DNA of 64,000 nucleotides from Octopus sinensis (GCF_006345805.1 NC_043006.1:38378001-38442000); one strand, 5' to 3'. Shown: positions 13,632 through 27,586, counted from the first letter of the stretch. The notes: generated by a model not told the origin, from the sequence alone. Translations and numbers: made by a program.

Positions 13632-13700
13632 TTGGCTCCAATTTTGTATAGGAGTGTTTCTTCGCTTCTCTTTCAGAAGACGCAATAGTTTATATGACTT
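13632..13700 (-). other. Candidate symmetric 69-nt exon (KSYKLLRLLKEKRRNTPIQNWSQ), gene unknown
   Basis: ttcttttgtag|AAG ... CAA|GTACGT, open in phase 0-0, in non-repeat sequence. No homology recognised. Confidence 0.22.
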
Positions 13701-14205
13701 CTACAAAAGAATTATAATCATTTTGTTATTTAAAATATCAGTTGAATAGTATCATGCATTGGTATTCATTGGCTATTTTTATATTTGTATATAAATATAC
13801 AAAATCGTCTTCTCTGGGTAAAATTTTTTAGAACCAATTGTATTCTCTATTGATATTCATGGCATTTCAAATATCTTATCTGAATATTTTTAAATATACA
13901 AAACTACTTTTCACAACGGCACGATTCTATTTCTTTAATTTGGACAACTTCCTACTTTAATTTTTATATATATATATTGTTGAAGTAGTGAAGGCGACGA
14001 GCTGGCTGATAGAACGCCGGGCGAAATGCTTAGCGGCATTTCGTCCACCTTTACGCTCTGAATTCAAATTCAGCCGAGGTAGACTTTGCCTTTCGGGGTC
14101 GATAAAATAAGAGCCAGTTGAGCACTGAGGTCGACGTATTCGACTTGCCCACCACTTTGCGCCAAAATTTGAAACCATTTAAATTAACTGATTAAATGCA
14201 ATCAA

Positions 14206-14553
14206 GGTGCTGGCGTGGCTTTGTGGTAAGAAGCTTTCTTCCCAACCATCTGGTTCTAGGTTCAGTCCCACTGCGTGGCACCTTGGGCAAGTATATTTTG
14301 CCATAGCCTTGGGCCGACCAAAACCTTGTGAATGGATTTGATAGACGGAAACTGAAAGAAACCTGTCGTATATATGTATATATATTTATTTGTGTATGTC
14401 TTTGTTTGTGTGTTTGTCTCCACACCATTGCTTGGCAAACGATGTTGATGTGCTTGTTTCCCCCAAAACTTAGCGGTTCAGCAAAATAGACCGATAGAAT
14501 AAGTACTAGGCTTACAAAGAATAAGTACTGGGGTCGATTTCTTCCACTAAAAG
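14206..14553 (+). mobile_element. SINE family A
   Basis: Colinear with 7873-8300; 3' end is replaced by the minisatellite. Confidence 0.88.
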
Positions 14554-14554
14554 T

Positions 14555-15185
14555 TCCGTGGATGGGGTGGTACTTTCTGGAAAGTTCCAAGGAAGGGGAG
14601 GAGTAGGAATAGTCAACTTCCTAGAAAGTTCCGAGAAGGTGGAAGTACTTCCTATATCGCTCCTCTCCTTTCTTGGAACTTTCCATGAAGTACCTCCCCC
14701 TCCTCGGAACTTTCTAGGAAGTTGGGTATTACCCTCCTCCCCTTCTTTGGAACTTTCTAGGAAGTACCCCCCTCCTCGGAACTTTTCATGAAGTACCTCC
14801 CCCTCCTCGGAACTTTTCGTGAAGTACCTCCCCCTCCTCAGAACTTTTCATAAGTACCTCCCCCTCCTCGGAACTTTCCATGAAGTACCTCCCCCTCGGA
14901 ACTTTTCATGAAGTACCTTTCCCTCCTCGGAACTTTTCATGAAGTATCTCCCCCTCCTCAGAACTTTCCAGGAAGTTGGGTATTCCCCTCCTCCCCTTCC
15001 TTGAAACTTTCCAGGAAGTACCTCCTCCTCCTCGGAACTTTTCATGAAGTACCTCCCCCTCCTCGGAACTTTTCATGAAGTACCTCCCCCTCCTCGGAAC
15101 TTTCCAAGAAATTGATTATTCCCCCTCCTCCCCTTCCTTGAAACTTTCCAGGTTCCCCTCCTCCCCTTCCTTGGAATTTTCCAAG
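14555..15185. repeat. Minisatellite of ~16 units (31-bp AAGTACCTCCCCCTCCTCGGAACTTTTCATG with ~42-bp variants), first ~100 bp inverted
   Basis: Direct reading; no unique spacers. Confidence 0.92.
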
Positions 15186-15357
15186 CTGAAGTAGCAGATA
15201 GCGATTCTATTCCTGTTGTTCTTGAGGTTGGGAGGAGACCTGGTTAATGGTCTGCATGATTTCTAAGTAGCTAATCTCGTTGCGTGAAAGATGATAAATG
15301 TATGACAAGGATGTGACCACTGAACCGTAACATATTTTGGAAAATAAGAGATAATAA

Positions 15358-16400
15358 TCGTTTCAAATTTGGGCACGGGGCTAGAAGTTTTTGAGAAGAG
15401 GGGAATGCAATTACATCGACTCAAGTGCTTAAGTGGTAATTTATTTTATCGACCTCAAAATGATGAACGGCAAAGTCGACATCGGTTGTATTGGAACTCA
15501 GAATGTAAAGACGGATGCCATGTCGCTGAGTGTTACACCCGGCGCGCTAACGATTATGCCAGTTTGCAGCCTTCATCTGGTCTTAAAGATCGGTTTCAAA
15601 TTTTGGCACAAGGCCAGCAAGTTCCGTAGAGGGGTCAAGTCGATTACATCGATCCCAGTGCTGAAATGATACTTATTTTATCGACTCCGAAAGAGTGAAA
15701 AGGCATAGCTGACCTCATCGGAATTTGAACTCCAACCGTAAAGACGGACGAAATGCTGCTAAGCATTTTGTCCGGTGCGGTTACGATTCTTTTCTACTCC
15801 AGGCACAAGGCCCGAAAGTTTTGGGGAGTGGGTGGGCCAGTTGGTTAGATTGACCCAAGTACGCAACTGGTAACTTAATTTATCGACCCCGAAAAGGATG
15901 AAAGTCAAAGTCGACCTCAGCGGAATTTGAACTCAGAACATAGCGGCAGACGAAATACCTATTTCTTTACTACCCACAAGGGGCTAAACACAGAAAGGAC
16001 AAACAAGGACAGACAAACGGATTAACTCGATTATATCGACCCCAGTGCGTAACTGGTACTTAATTTATCGACCCCGAAAGGATGAAAGGCAAAGTCGACC
16101 TCGGCGGAATTTGAACTCAGAACGTAACGGCAGACGAAATACCGCTAAGCATTCCCCCCCCCTTCCCCGTGCTAACGTTTCTGCCTGCTCGCCACCCTCA
16201 TCTTAAATATCAATTTCTGACATAAGTCAAAGGCATCAAAATTAAGGGACGATGGGCATTGTAGATTATATCGATATCGACCTTATTACTTATCTCGTTC
16301 TTTATTCTGTCGACTCCTCAGAAATGGAAAAGCAATATCGACCTCAGCAGAATGAGAACTTCGAACGTAAACCTATTTAAATATCGCAAGTCATTTTTGT
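15358..16400 (-). mobile_element. Head-to-tail array of ~5 SINE family B copies
   Basis: Repeated GGCAAAGTCGACCTCGGCGGAATTTGAACTCAGAAC (reverse of the tRNA-like B box and central domain). Confidence 0.9.
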
Positions 16401-16585
16401 CCGTTACTGTACTGAGACTGGCAGACACAGTTTAACTGAACGTAAATATTGACTAAGAAAACATGACATTTAAATCGCACGCGCACGCACGTTTACACAT
16501 TACGTATAAACAGAAGCATTTCCAGATATATTCGAATAAAGGCATAAAATACTCACACACAAACACATATATATGATATCTATAC

Positions 16586-16666
<81 letters not shown>

Positions 16667-16686
16667 CATCCATCCATCCATCCATC

Positions 16687-16747
<61 letters not shown>

Positions 16748-17071
16748 TCTTTTACTTTCTTTTACTGCAGCCATGCTGGAGCACCACCTTTTAGTCGAGC
16801 AATTCGACCCCAGGACTCATATAACTTCATATGAATAAGGATAAGATCGTTATTTAAAATACCGATTTTATCATGTGGCCAGCATATGAATAAACACCTC
16901 GAAGGTAATAATTATTATTAATATTATAATTAAGGGTATCTAAGAGATACCACCATGCTAGATACAGCAGCCAAAACTTGACTCTAAAACCACGAGCACA
17001 TAATATGGTCTTAGAGTCAAGTTTTGGTTGCTATAGATAGATAGATATATAGAAGGATGGATGGATGGATG

Positions 17072-17155
<84 letters not shown>

Positions 17156-17276
17156 TACATACATACATGGTGTTTGTGTGTATAGATGTATACATACATA
17201 CATACATAGGTGTGTATGTATGTATGTATGTATGTATGTGTGTGTGTGTGTGTGCATGTGTGCGTGTATTATATTT

Positions 17277-17430
17277 ATATTCTTTTACTCGTTTCAGTCA
17301 TGCGGTTGCGGTCATACTGGAGCACCACCGTGGTCTTTCGGAATTCCTCAGTGTGGGGTGTTTCACATCACCACTCCTGTGTGTACCTTTGTTCCAGCTG
17401 TTGGCCCATTTGGTGCATAGGGGAGTACAC
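17277..17430 (-). mobile_element. 3'-end fragment of the same CR1-group LINE
   Basis: Colinear with 10970-11125. Confidence 0.8.
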
Positions 17431-17694
17431 ATACAGACAGACACACAAATGCATAGAAATATATACATAGATACATATACACATATATATATGTGTGTAT
17501 ATATATGTGTGTATGTATATATATATATGTAAATATATACATATATATAGATATATATATATATATATGTACACACACACACATAATATATATATATACA
17601 TAATTATTATGTATACATTATATATATATCCACATATATATAGTATATGCACTTATATATATATATATATATCCACATATATATATGTATAACG

Positions 17695-17728
<34 letters not shown>

Positions 17729-17862
17729 GATATATATTCCACACACATTATGTACATATATGTATGTATATACATACAATATATACACACACACATATAT
17801 ACGCGCGCGCACACACACACACACATGTATGTATGTATGTAGTATGTATGTATGTATGTATG

Positions 17863-17900
<38 letters not shown>

Positions 17901-18227
17901 CACGCACGGATGTTTATATGTACGCTTCTGTATCTAAGTGCACTAAGAGACAGTGAGTGAAAGAACTGTGGAGGATGATACATTATTAGGAAATGGTGGA
18001 GAAGCAACTACAGGGAAAAGGAGGAAGAGAAACTGTGTCTATGCAATTTGTTAAAGGTGACGGTAAGTCACCTTTAACAGTTGGTTGGCACGGATTCTTC
18101 GCTTTTCTGTTTTCTTTTTATACGTGTTATTTGAGAGATTGTATATGTTTGTGTATTTCCTGCCCCAGTTACCATCGCAGCAGCTTCTGCTTAGACTCGA
18201 TTGATATCTATACACTACCCACACACA

Positions 18228-18268
<41 letters not shown>

Positions 18269-18271
18269 GTA

Positions 18272-18346
<75 letters not shown>

Positions 18347-18717
18347 GGTATGATGAAAATTTATGGTTTGGTCATTTTGACTGCTATATTTAGCATGCCG
18401 GTAATACTTGTTAGTAACCAAAATTATTAATTATTAATTTTACCGTTATAGGTTTTCTATGCATGCTCGTATTATTATAAACATTAATTATCCTCATAGA
18501 TATTTACGTATATATAATATATATATTATATATAATATACATATATATATATAATTATATATATATATATATATATATTATCTATATATATATGATACAT
18601 TTTCTAAATCTCCCAGAGAGATTATTACTGTAGTGATACGATAAAGTAGTTGTATGCTGTCAACTTAATGTGACAGTCTCATGAAGGGAATACTACTACT
18701 GCTATTATATATATATA

Positions 18718-18790
<73 letters not shown>

Positions 18791-20699
18791 TGTATGTATG
18801 ATTATGTATGTATGTATACGGAGATGTACTTGCATAGCAAGTGACCTGATCTGAGATCGTATGCTGAAACAAAAAAAAACAATTGCAACATGGAAGGTGT
18901 TTATAAGCCATTTAAAATCACACAAAATCCGTTAGATTCACCCCAACAAGAACAACCCCCACCCCCACACACACATACACAAAAGCATTGCAAACTGCGG
19001 TTTATATTAATTTTAAATACTCTTTTACTTGTTTTAGTCAGTTGACTGCGGTCATGCTGGAGCACCGCTTTTTAGGCGAATAAATCGACCCCAGGATTCA
19101 TTCTTTGTAAGCCTAGTACTTATTCTATCGTTATCTTTTGCCGAAACGTTAAGTTACGGGGGAGTAAACACACCAACATTGGTTTATTTCATTTGTATCA
19201 TGTCTACGGACATGCTGGGCACACCATTGTAGAGTCTAGTCGAATAAATAGATCCCATTACTTTGAATTTTCTTCTAAGTGAAGTACTTTTTTCTATTGT
19301 GTTCTTCTTGCTGATGCGCTAAGTTATTGGGACGCAAACGATTTAGCACCGGTTATTATCGACCTGTCGATTGCAGTCGTTAGCAAGAATTTCTTTACTT
19401 GGTATAAGACAATCAAGTACATTCGAGAAATTCTTTTCTGCTCTAGGCACAAGGCCCAAAATGTTTTGGGAGGACGCCAGTCGATTAGATCGACCCCAGT
19501 ACGTAACTGGTACTTAATTTATCGACCCCGAAAGGATGAAAGGCAAAGTCGACCTCGGTGGAATTTGAACTCAGAACGTAAAGACAGATGAAATGCCACT
19601 AAGCATTTCGCCCGGCGTGCTAACGTTTCTGCCAGCTCGCCGCCTTCATGTATGTTCGGTTCGAGAAATTGAATCAAAAATGGACTGTTTTTGTGTGCAT
19701 CGAATAGAAAAATGGGCAGCGACGGAGGCAGCTTCGTTTCGCTTCTTCTTTTAGAGAAATAGCGTCGACAGAGATATCTGTGCCGGTGAGTGATTATGTG
19801 TTCGAGGATTCTGCAAAATTGACAGGGGGCTTCTTGGCAAAGAACCAAAAGTATGGCTGCCTTTTGGGACGTGAGAAGTCTTGCTGGTTGGAAAATGTCT
19901 TGCTTAATGGTAAAAAGGCTATTTGAAAAACTTGAAAGATTTTAATAACGGCATATGTATTTCTTTGCCGTGAACTTTTTCATACAATTAAGAAACCGTC
20001 GGTACGCCGTATCTCTTTTAATATCTTTTTTCAGTTCGACATAGATAGAAACAGATTGGAAGTCCCTTTTTCAGGAAGATCGTACGAACTCAGAACTTCT
20101 TGAATTTGTTTTTATAGTATCAGATTTACTGGTTTCTTAAATTGGTACCACGTCCGATATTTGTATAAGAAAATAAAAGAGTATCTGTAATATTTGGCGA
20201 TGAGTGTCCAGTATTAGAGGGATTGCTTGTTTAAAACTATGGTGCTACTCAGCGGAAATGTAAGTAGTTGTGCTGTTTCCCTGAACGGCATGTTACCAAG
20301 GCGACTAGATCATTCTCAAAACAGACTCCAATCTTTTAGTTGCTTTGGCTATAGTTCTACAAATACTATTAAGTAGATCTGTTGTTATGGCAACTGTGCT
20401 ATATTTGCTAGGATATATTCGTTACTTAATCACAGTAGGGTTCCTTATAAAAATACATATGCCTATGTTATGTTGTTTCGTTTATTTCTAGTCCTTGAGC
20501 CATGCTCATAGCTTTCGGGGACTTCTCCATAGCTAATATACAAGTTGAAATAGCTTTTGAAAATAATATGTTTAACTGCCAGCTCATTGAGCATGCGTTC
20601 ATATCTGATGCAGGCACTTTATCGTGTTACCCGAAGTTAGGACACTTAATTAGTATTTAAACAGAAACAAATTAAGAAAACTAATTCAAAGTGACATAT

Positions 20700-21500
20700 T
20701 TCAACCACATAGATAAATAAAGGTACACTAAATACCATACAAGAGTCCTTGATTTATTAAAATTATCTCCACCTCGGGAGGGTGTATTATAAGAGACATA
20801 GAACAACTAAGACCAGTTACACGTGAAAGGGGAAGATAATCTCAAGATTCAAGAATTTTCCAAATCTGACATGCCATTAAAGAACAGGGCAGACTTATTG
20901 GTTGGAGATAAGGACGACAGTCGCAAACACATATTTCGCTCTCAATAAACATCATCAGCACAACCTTATCTGCGGTAGCCAAGGGACATAGACTTATATA
21001 TGAGAACAATCAGAACAAATTTACGGCCTAGGTAATTTGCATAATTTAAAAGCAAATGAGCTAAGAGAAATAACTCAGAGTAACCAATGGCACATATATG
21101 TGTAATATAGACAAATACATGTACGTTAAGTATCATACAGCATAAATTCTCGAGTTATTAAATATTTCTCCGCATTAAGAGCATGTATTGTAGTTATCAA
21201 AAGCAAGTCACAATAATTGTATACAAGGAGACATAACCTCAAGACTCAAGGATTCTCCAAAGTTGACATGGCATTAAGGAGAAGTGCAGGTTTATTATCT
21301 TAAGTTTATCTAACTCAAGCAGACAATAATTAACTTCAAAAGTACTAGTAACATGCCCAGATGTGATGGGTGGCGAAAGATTAGTAATCGATGGAATATA
21401 TAAACAAAGAATGAGAAAAGTGTGATATCAGAATCTTAGTAAATACTGCTATGCACGAATACTTGTGATGTGGTGTTAATAAGTTTGACCTTACGACTCG
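20700..21500 (+). repeat. Diverged ~400-bp tandem duplication
   Basis: 20836-20899 matches 21233-21296, and ~20755 matches ~21155. Confidence 0.55.
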
Positions 21501-21765
21501 AGAGTTAATTATTGATTTCATATTTGAAATGTCAGTGACAAAAAAGGTGACATAAATACTACTTTCTCAAATTGGTTGTCCGATCCGTGTGTCATATGTG
21601 ACTTTTGTGAACGGAACATGTGAGAATCGCCATTCAGCCTTGTATAATTAATGTTAGGTTGCTGAAGATGTTACTGCAAATATATATATATATTATATGT
21701 TTTTTTTTTGTGTCGTCTTCTAAATGTTTCCTGTTCTTGTCCCAGTTTGTATATTTTTTACTTTT

Positions 21766-21833
<68 letters not shown>

Positions 21834-22063
21834 CAATACGACACAGTGAGAGAGAGAGAGAGGCAGAAAATATCTAGTTCAAATCTCTAAATTACACACA
21901 CATAGACACACACAGACACAAATATATATAACTATTACTATAGGCCTATCGATTTAAAGAAATTACATTCCCCAACAGTACTAAGTATAGAACCAGTATT
22001 TCCTTGGATGTACCATCCCTTTATGAGGTTAAAAATACTCTAAACCAACTTTATATATATATA

Positions 22064-22107
<44 letters not shown>

Positions 22108-22344
22108 TGTATGTATATTATATGCATGTATGTATATATATATATATGCATGTATGTGTATTATATATACATGTGTATATATATATGCATGTATATATAT
22201 ATATATATATGCATGTATATATATATGTACATTTATATGTATATATAGATGTATGTATATGTGTGTATGTGTATCAAAATAAGGGATTGGAAAATTTGGG
22301 GGGATTATTTATTCACCATTACACGTGTTTCGTCCGCTAATAGG

Positions 22345-24060
22345 AATTACTAAATTTACAGACTACCAAATATTCACAAATCCAAAGACATGAATGACAG
22401 CTTACAAGACCTCTATATAACATATGTGACAATACCTAAACCTTCTGAGCTAAAGTTACATCTCGCGGTGGCAGAATTAGGATCTAGTGCCCAACAATTA
22501 GGCAATTTGTTTGATATAATTTTATACTGTAGTACAAACCGGTCCCTAGCTTCATCAGAGTTGATATGGACTCCTAAAAGCATGTTCCAAGAATAACAGA
22601 TTATGAGACGATTTGTTGTAACGAGTCTCTACATAAAAATTCCTACATGGAATAGGATTACAAGGAGTAGAATTCTAGATAGACAAATATATACAAAGAA
22701 TTCGGGAGGGATTCCCAAAAGAATTTATACTTGAATGGTTATGATTAGAATTAGATAACCAGAACTTGTTCTTTGACAACCAAAGTACCTAATACAAGGT
22801 ACCACAATGGGAACAAAAGTCGCACTGACATTTGCACAACTAGCAATAGGAATTCTGGAATAAAATGTCTTTACCCAGTCGGGAGTTACTTTTGATCAAA
22901 TTTAATTGGAAACTAGAAAAGATTCCTTGATGATTGCTTCATATTTTAGGACAAAAGTAAGGAGGACCATACAAAATTGCATATATTAATAAGTAGTATT
23001 CATGAATCAAGCCAGTTTATTATGGAAACAAATGAAAGGAACTTTGTTTATTGAACATTCTGGTAATTAAAGAAAATGAAACAGTTATAACCGATCTTCA
23101 CTGCAAGAACATAGACATGCACCAATATTTAAGTTTTAGATTTTGCCACCCTTTCCACACCAAAAGGAACATACCAATATGGCAAGATATATATACTCAA
23201 GATTTACAGACTCAAGGAAACGAGAGGAACGACTGGTATGACAATGTGTTCTTTTAGAAACAAAAATACCCCAAAACTTAATAAATCTTGCCATAACCAA
23301 AGCAAAAACAAACAAAAAAATTAGCCCAATTACTGCCTTACAGTGAAGCACTTGCAGTGAGGGCAAAGCACAATCACAAATATAACTATTCCATTTGTAG
23401 TCACCTATAATCCTAGAAAATACAATATTCTTCATTCGGCCAAACGATACCTTTCAGTTCGGTTACAAATCATCAACAGCCGAAAGCAACCATCAATTCT
23501 CAAAATACTTCTGACAAGGGCGATATTCACAGCGTCGAAAGAATTAATGTAGGTAACAAACTGTGAGGACTCGCGTTGTGTTATTTAACTGAACAAGGAA
23601 CAACCAAAAGATTCAAAGATGGAAAGGAATTGAAAATGAATGCGACCAAGAGTTGGAAAACAAAAAGGTCTCATCTAATTCATCACATGCTCGCAATGTA
23701 TTGAGAATTATATTAGAGAAACAAGAACAAAACTAACCAGCCATGTGAAGGTGCACATACAGGAATTGAAGATTCATCTCATAGAACTGTTGCATGTAGT
23801 GAACATCTATAAGTTTGTGCAAATGGGAAATTCAAAATATTTTCTTTCAAAATTAAAGACGAAGATGAATATCTACAAAAGACAAGAGAGGAATATTTTC
23901 TAAGAATAAAAAATACGAAATCAAATCAGTAATAGTCAAAACAATTACAAGAAACAACTTGCTCTATGCAGATTAGCCCAGAACACATCTGATGAAATGT
24001 TGAACAACGAAAGCGCTTATACACAATACACACAATGCGAAAAAATTCGTACGATTCTGC
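22345..24060 (+). mobile_element. Degraded Penelope-like element (RT + GIY-YIG endonuclease)
   Basis: Frameshifted remnants LPNIHKSK, FVVTSLY, QGTTMGTK, RFLDDCFIF (~22925), HQYLSFRFCHPFHTKRNIP, and ITCSQCIENYIRETRTKL...H (~23680). A hammerhead-like motif lies at the 3' end. Confidence 0.88.
23983..24022 (+). ncRNA. Minimal hammerhead-like motif at the PLE 3' end
   Basis: CTGATGA (23989-23995), short hairpin GTTG-aa-CAAC, GAAA (24009-24012), palindromic AGCGCT. Stem I is weak. Confidence 0.5.
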
Positions 24061-24193
24061 TATCAAAATTCTTTTTGAAATAATCGGTAACTTTTAAGAA
24101 AATCTCTTTAAATATTGTGGCTGTATCAAGTGGGTTTTGCTAAAACTTTTATATATACTCTGTGTGTGTATATATATGAGACAGAGAGAGGGT

Positions 24194-24237
<44 letters not shown>

Positions 24238-24569
24238 CTTTTGTAGTACTAGTAACATGTAACCCAGTACGACCTGTCGCGTGGCCGGGCCGTCGGCGAC
24301 TAAACCGGCAACCTTACTAAGCTTGTTTGGTAAAGAGAGTGGTTTTAGTTCGACTCTCTGCAGGATGAAAAACAAAACCTGTCAAAAACCGGATGAACTC
24401 AGTACAGTCATCGACCATCCAACAAGTCACAATGGAGGTAGCCATTTCTAGAAATTAAGAATTGAAAAAAATTAATGCTTTGGCGAAAATCTAATTGTTG
24501 TTAGCGAGGACGGTGATAGCGTAGTACAGAAAAAAAGGAGTTACGAAAATTTATACTCTCTTGTGCCTT

Positions 24570-24780
24570 TATGTCACTGCATCAATCTGCTAGAAATAGC
24601 AGTCAAAAATTTTCTTAAAATCTCACCCTTCCTCCATTGCCTTATACAAAAGAAGGATTCACTAATCATTTTGTTTTGGTCACTCTGTCTCAATAAAAGA
24701 CGAGATGATCACGGACAGAACTCCTTTTAATCACAATTTCGATCTATCCGGTGTGACCTGGGGCTAAACAACAACAGCAA
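24570..24780 (+). mobile_element. Old retroposon 3' part (GCTAGAAATAGCAG motif, (AAC)n tail)
   Basis: Motif recurs at ~2308 and ~29945. Confidence 0.5.
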
Positions 24781-24816
24781 CCGCCTACATTCAGCCCGTT
24801 TACATCGTGCTTGTAA

Positions 24817-25337
24817 TCATGTGACTGCCTACGTCATAAACAGTCCTTTCAGCCATTTTGTTGTCAGATAACTTTCAGCATAATTAAACAGCTGAGTTTT
24901 CACATACCCCAGCCAACCCACCTCACTTCACTATTTCTTTGCAAACTGTTCTCTCTTATAATCTTGCAATAGTTTGCCATATCTTTTGACATATTTCAAG
25001 ACAAAAATTTTCCATATTTTCCAGATAGTGTAGATCTGGAAGAAATTGTCACAGTATCGATATCTGATATTAAAAAAACGAACCATTTCAACATACATCT
25101 ACAAGTACATAGTGATATTTTCAGGGCGTTCTACAACGTTTCGAAAGCCTGTTTTGGTTTAACTTTCATAAGAATGGTCCTATTTGTTAGGTATCACATG
25201 ACTTTCAACGTCATAACAGCCACCACACTCCTTTAGTACTTTTTATATTCTGTCAGATAACTCACTAAATCATGAAGCCTCCCCGCCCTCCACCATCCTT
25301 CGCATTCCCTGTGAAAGGATCCCCTGCGTCACGTGAC
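24817..25337. promoter_or_regulatory. Candidate enhancer/promoter with a duplicated E-box + CRE-like + GATA module
   Basis: TCATGTGAC 24817, ACGTCAT 24831, GTCAGATAACT 24863; TCACATGAC 25194, ACGTCAT 25208, GTCAGATAACT 25252; GTCACGTGAC 25328. Confidence 0.3.
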
Positions 25338-26061
25338 AGCACGCTGCCTGCTGACACATTACACGTTACCTCATTCTCAACGCCGCCATTACCAACAATA
25401 TCATCTCGCCTTCTACATCGAATCAACTCACAATATACGTCAAATAACCTGATACACACAGCATTATGTTTTTCTTCGGTTGTTTTACGTGTGTCTTTCT
25501 CGTTGTCTTTTAGATTTTACTAATTGGCGCAGTGCCAAAGCGTGAAGATTCTACCAGAAACTTTCGCGAAGTTTCTGAACGTTATTTCTATGTACAAATT
25601 AGCAGCGCTAATACCTTCAACATATAAAACAACTGAGACCGCAAGAAACAACTAAAATGATATACTTGCTCAGTTAACACATACACACCTCGCACGCGGC
25701 CAGCCAGACTCACACTTAGGCATATAGACACACACATACACATGCACACACAAACAACACACGTGCACGTACACACATTTGTAAATACTTGATGCATACG
25801 TGTGGGTGTATCTAAATACATGTATATATTCATTTATGTATATATATATATATATATATATATGCATATCTATATACATACATATACGCATACATACATA
25901 TATACATATATATATATACATAAATATAGAGATATATATACACACACATATTATATATATACATATATTATATATATACTATATATATACATATATATAT
26001 ACATAAATATACTATAATATATATACATACATATATAAACATACATTTTTATATATATACA

Positions 26062-26101
<40 letters not shown>

Positions 26102-26273
26102 CATATATATATATTATATATATATATATACACACATATATATATATATATAATATAATAGACACATACATATATATTATATATATATATATAAATACAT
26201 AGATATATATATATATATATATATATATAGATACATACATATATATATATATATATAAAATACTAAACATTAC

Positions 26274-26322
<49 letters not shown>

Positions 26323-26375
26323 CATACAGACATATATATATGTGTGTGTGTATACACACAAAGACGCACACCTAC

Positions 26376-26460
<85 letters not shown>

Positions 26461-26914
26461 GATAGATAGATAGATAGGTAGGTATGGCTGTTGATAAGCA
26501 GAATAGTTAAAGAATCAGTCAAAATGCTAGGTGGTAAGTTGTTCCGGCTCTTTACGTTCTGAGTTCAAATCCGCCCGAGGTCAGCTTTGCATTCACATCC
26601 ATTGACATTCGATACAGTGATGTGTCAGTCAAATGCTGGGGTACAACCCTTCTCTAGCCTTCAATTGGAATGTCTTGGTTATTTCGTTGGATCAAAAAGT
26701 GTCTGTGTGTCGACTCTCAAGTAAATGAGTGAAGTAAAAACTAACAAAAATACATTTAAAAAAAAAGCCTGTTGATTGTTGATGCAAAAGTCATACTCGA
26801 TTGCGCGTGACGGCTACGCACACGTACACCCGCGCCCGTAAAAACACGCGCTTGCGAATGTCTGGCTATGTTAGTGCAAAGACACAAGTACTAATTCGTC
26901 ATAATATATATATA

Positions 26915-26979
<65 letters not shown>

Positions 26980-27242
26980 AGATGTATACACGCATGCGCG
27001 CACAGACACAGACATATATGTGTGTGTATAAACATTACGCGCAAATGTGTATGACTTGCTATCAACATGCCTTTTATTAATGTTTTTAAGAATGTGTGTA
27101 AGTATATATGTGTATAGTATATCAGTGTATGTAGATATATATATACTTGGTAGCAACATGCCTTTTGTTAATGTTTTTTAGATTGTGAGTATATATGTGT
27201 AGGTATATATGTGTATGTATGTATGTATGTATATATATATAC

Positions 27243-27276
<34 letters not shown>

Positions 27277-27531
27277 ATATATTTCTTTACTGCCCACAAG
27301 GGGCTAAACATAGAGGGGAACAAATAAGGATAGACAAAGGGATTAAGTCGATTACATCGACCCCAGTGCGAAACTGGTACTTTATTTATCGACTCCGTAA
27401 GGATGAAAGGCAAAGTCGGCCTCGGCGGAATTTGAACTGAGAATGTAACGACAGACGAAATAACGCTAAGCATTTGTCGGGCGCGCTAACGTTTCTACTA
27501 GCTCGGCTTATCATATATATATATATATATA

Positions 27532-27586
<55 letters not shown>

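Noticed and set aside
14660-15185. Regular ~31-bp repeats reminiscent of a CRISPR array
   Set aside because: Units are contiguous with no unique spacers, there are no cas genes, and the context is eukaryotic.
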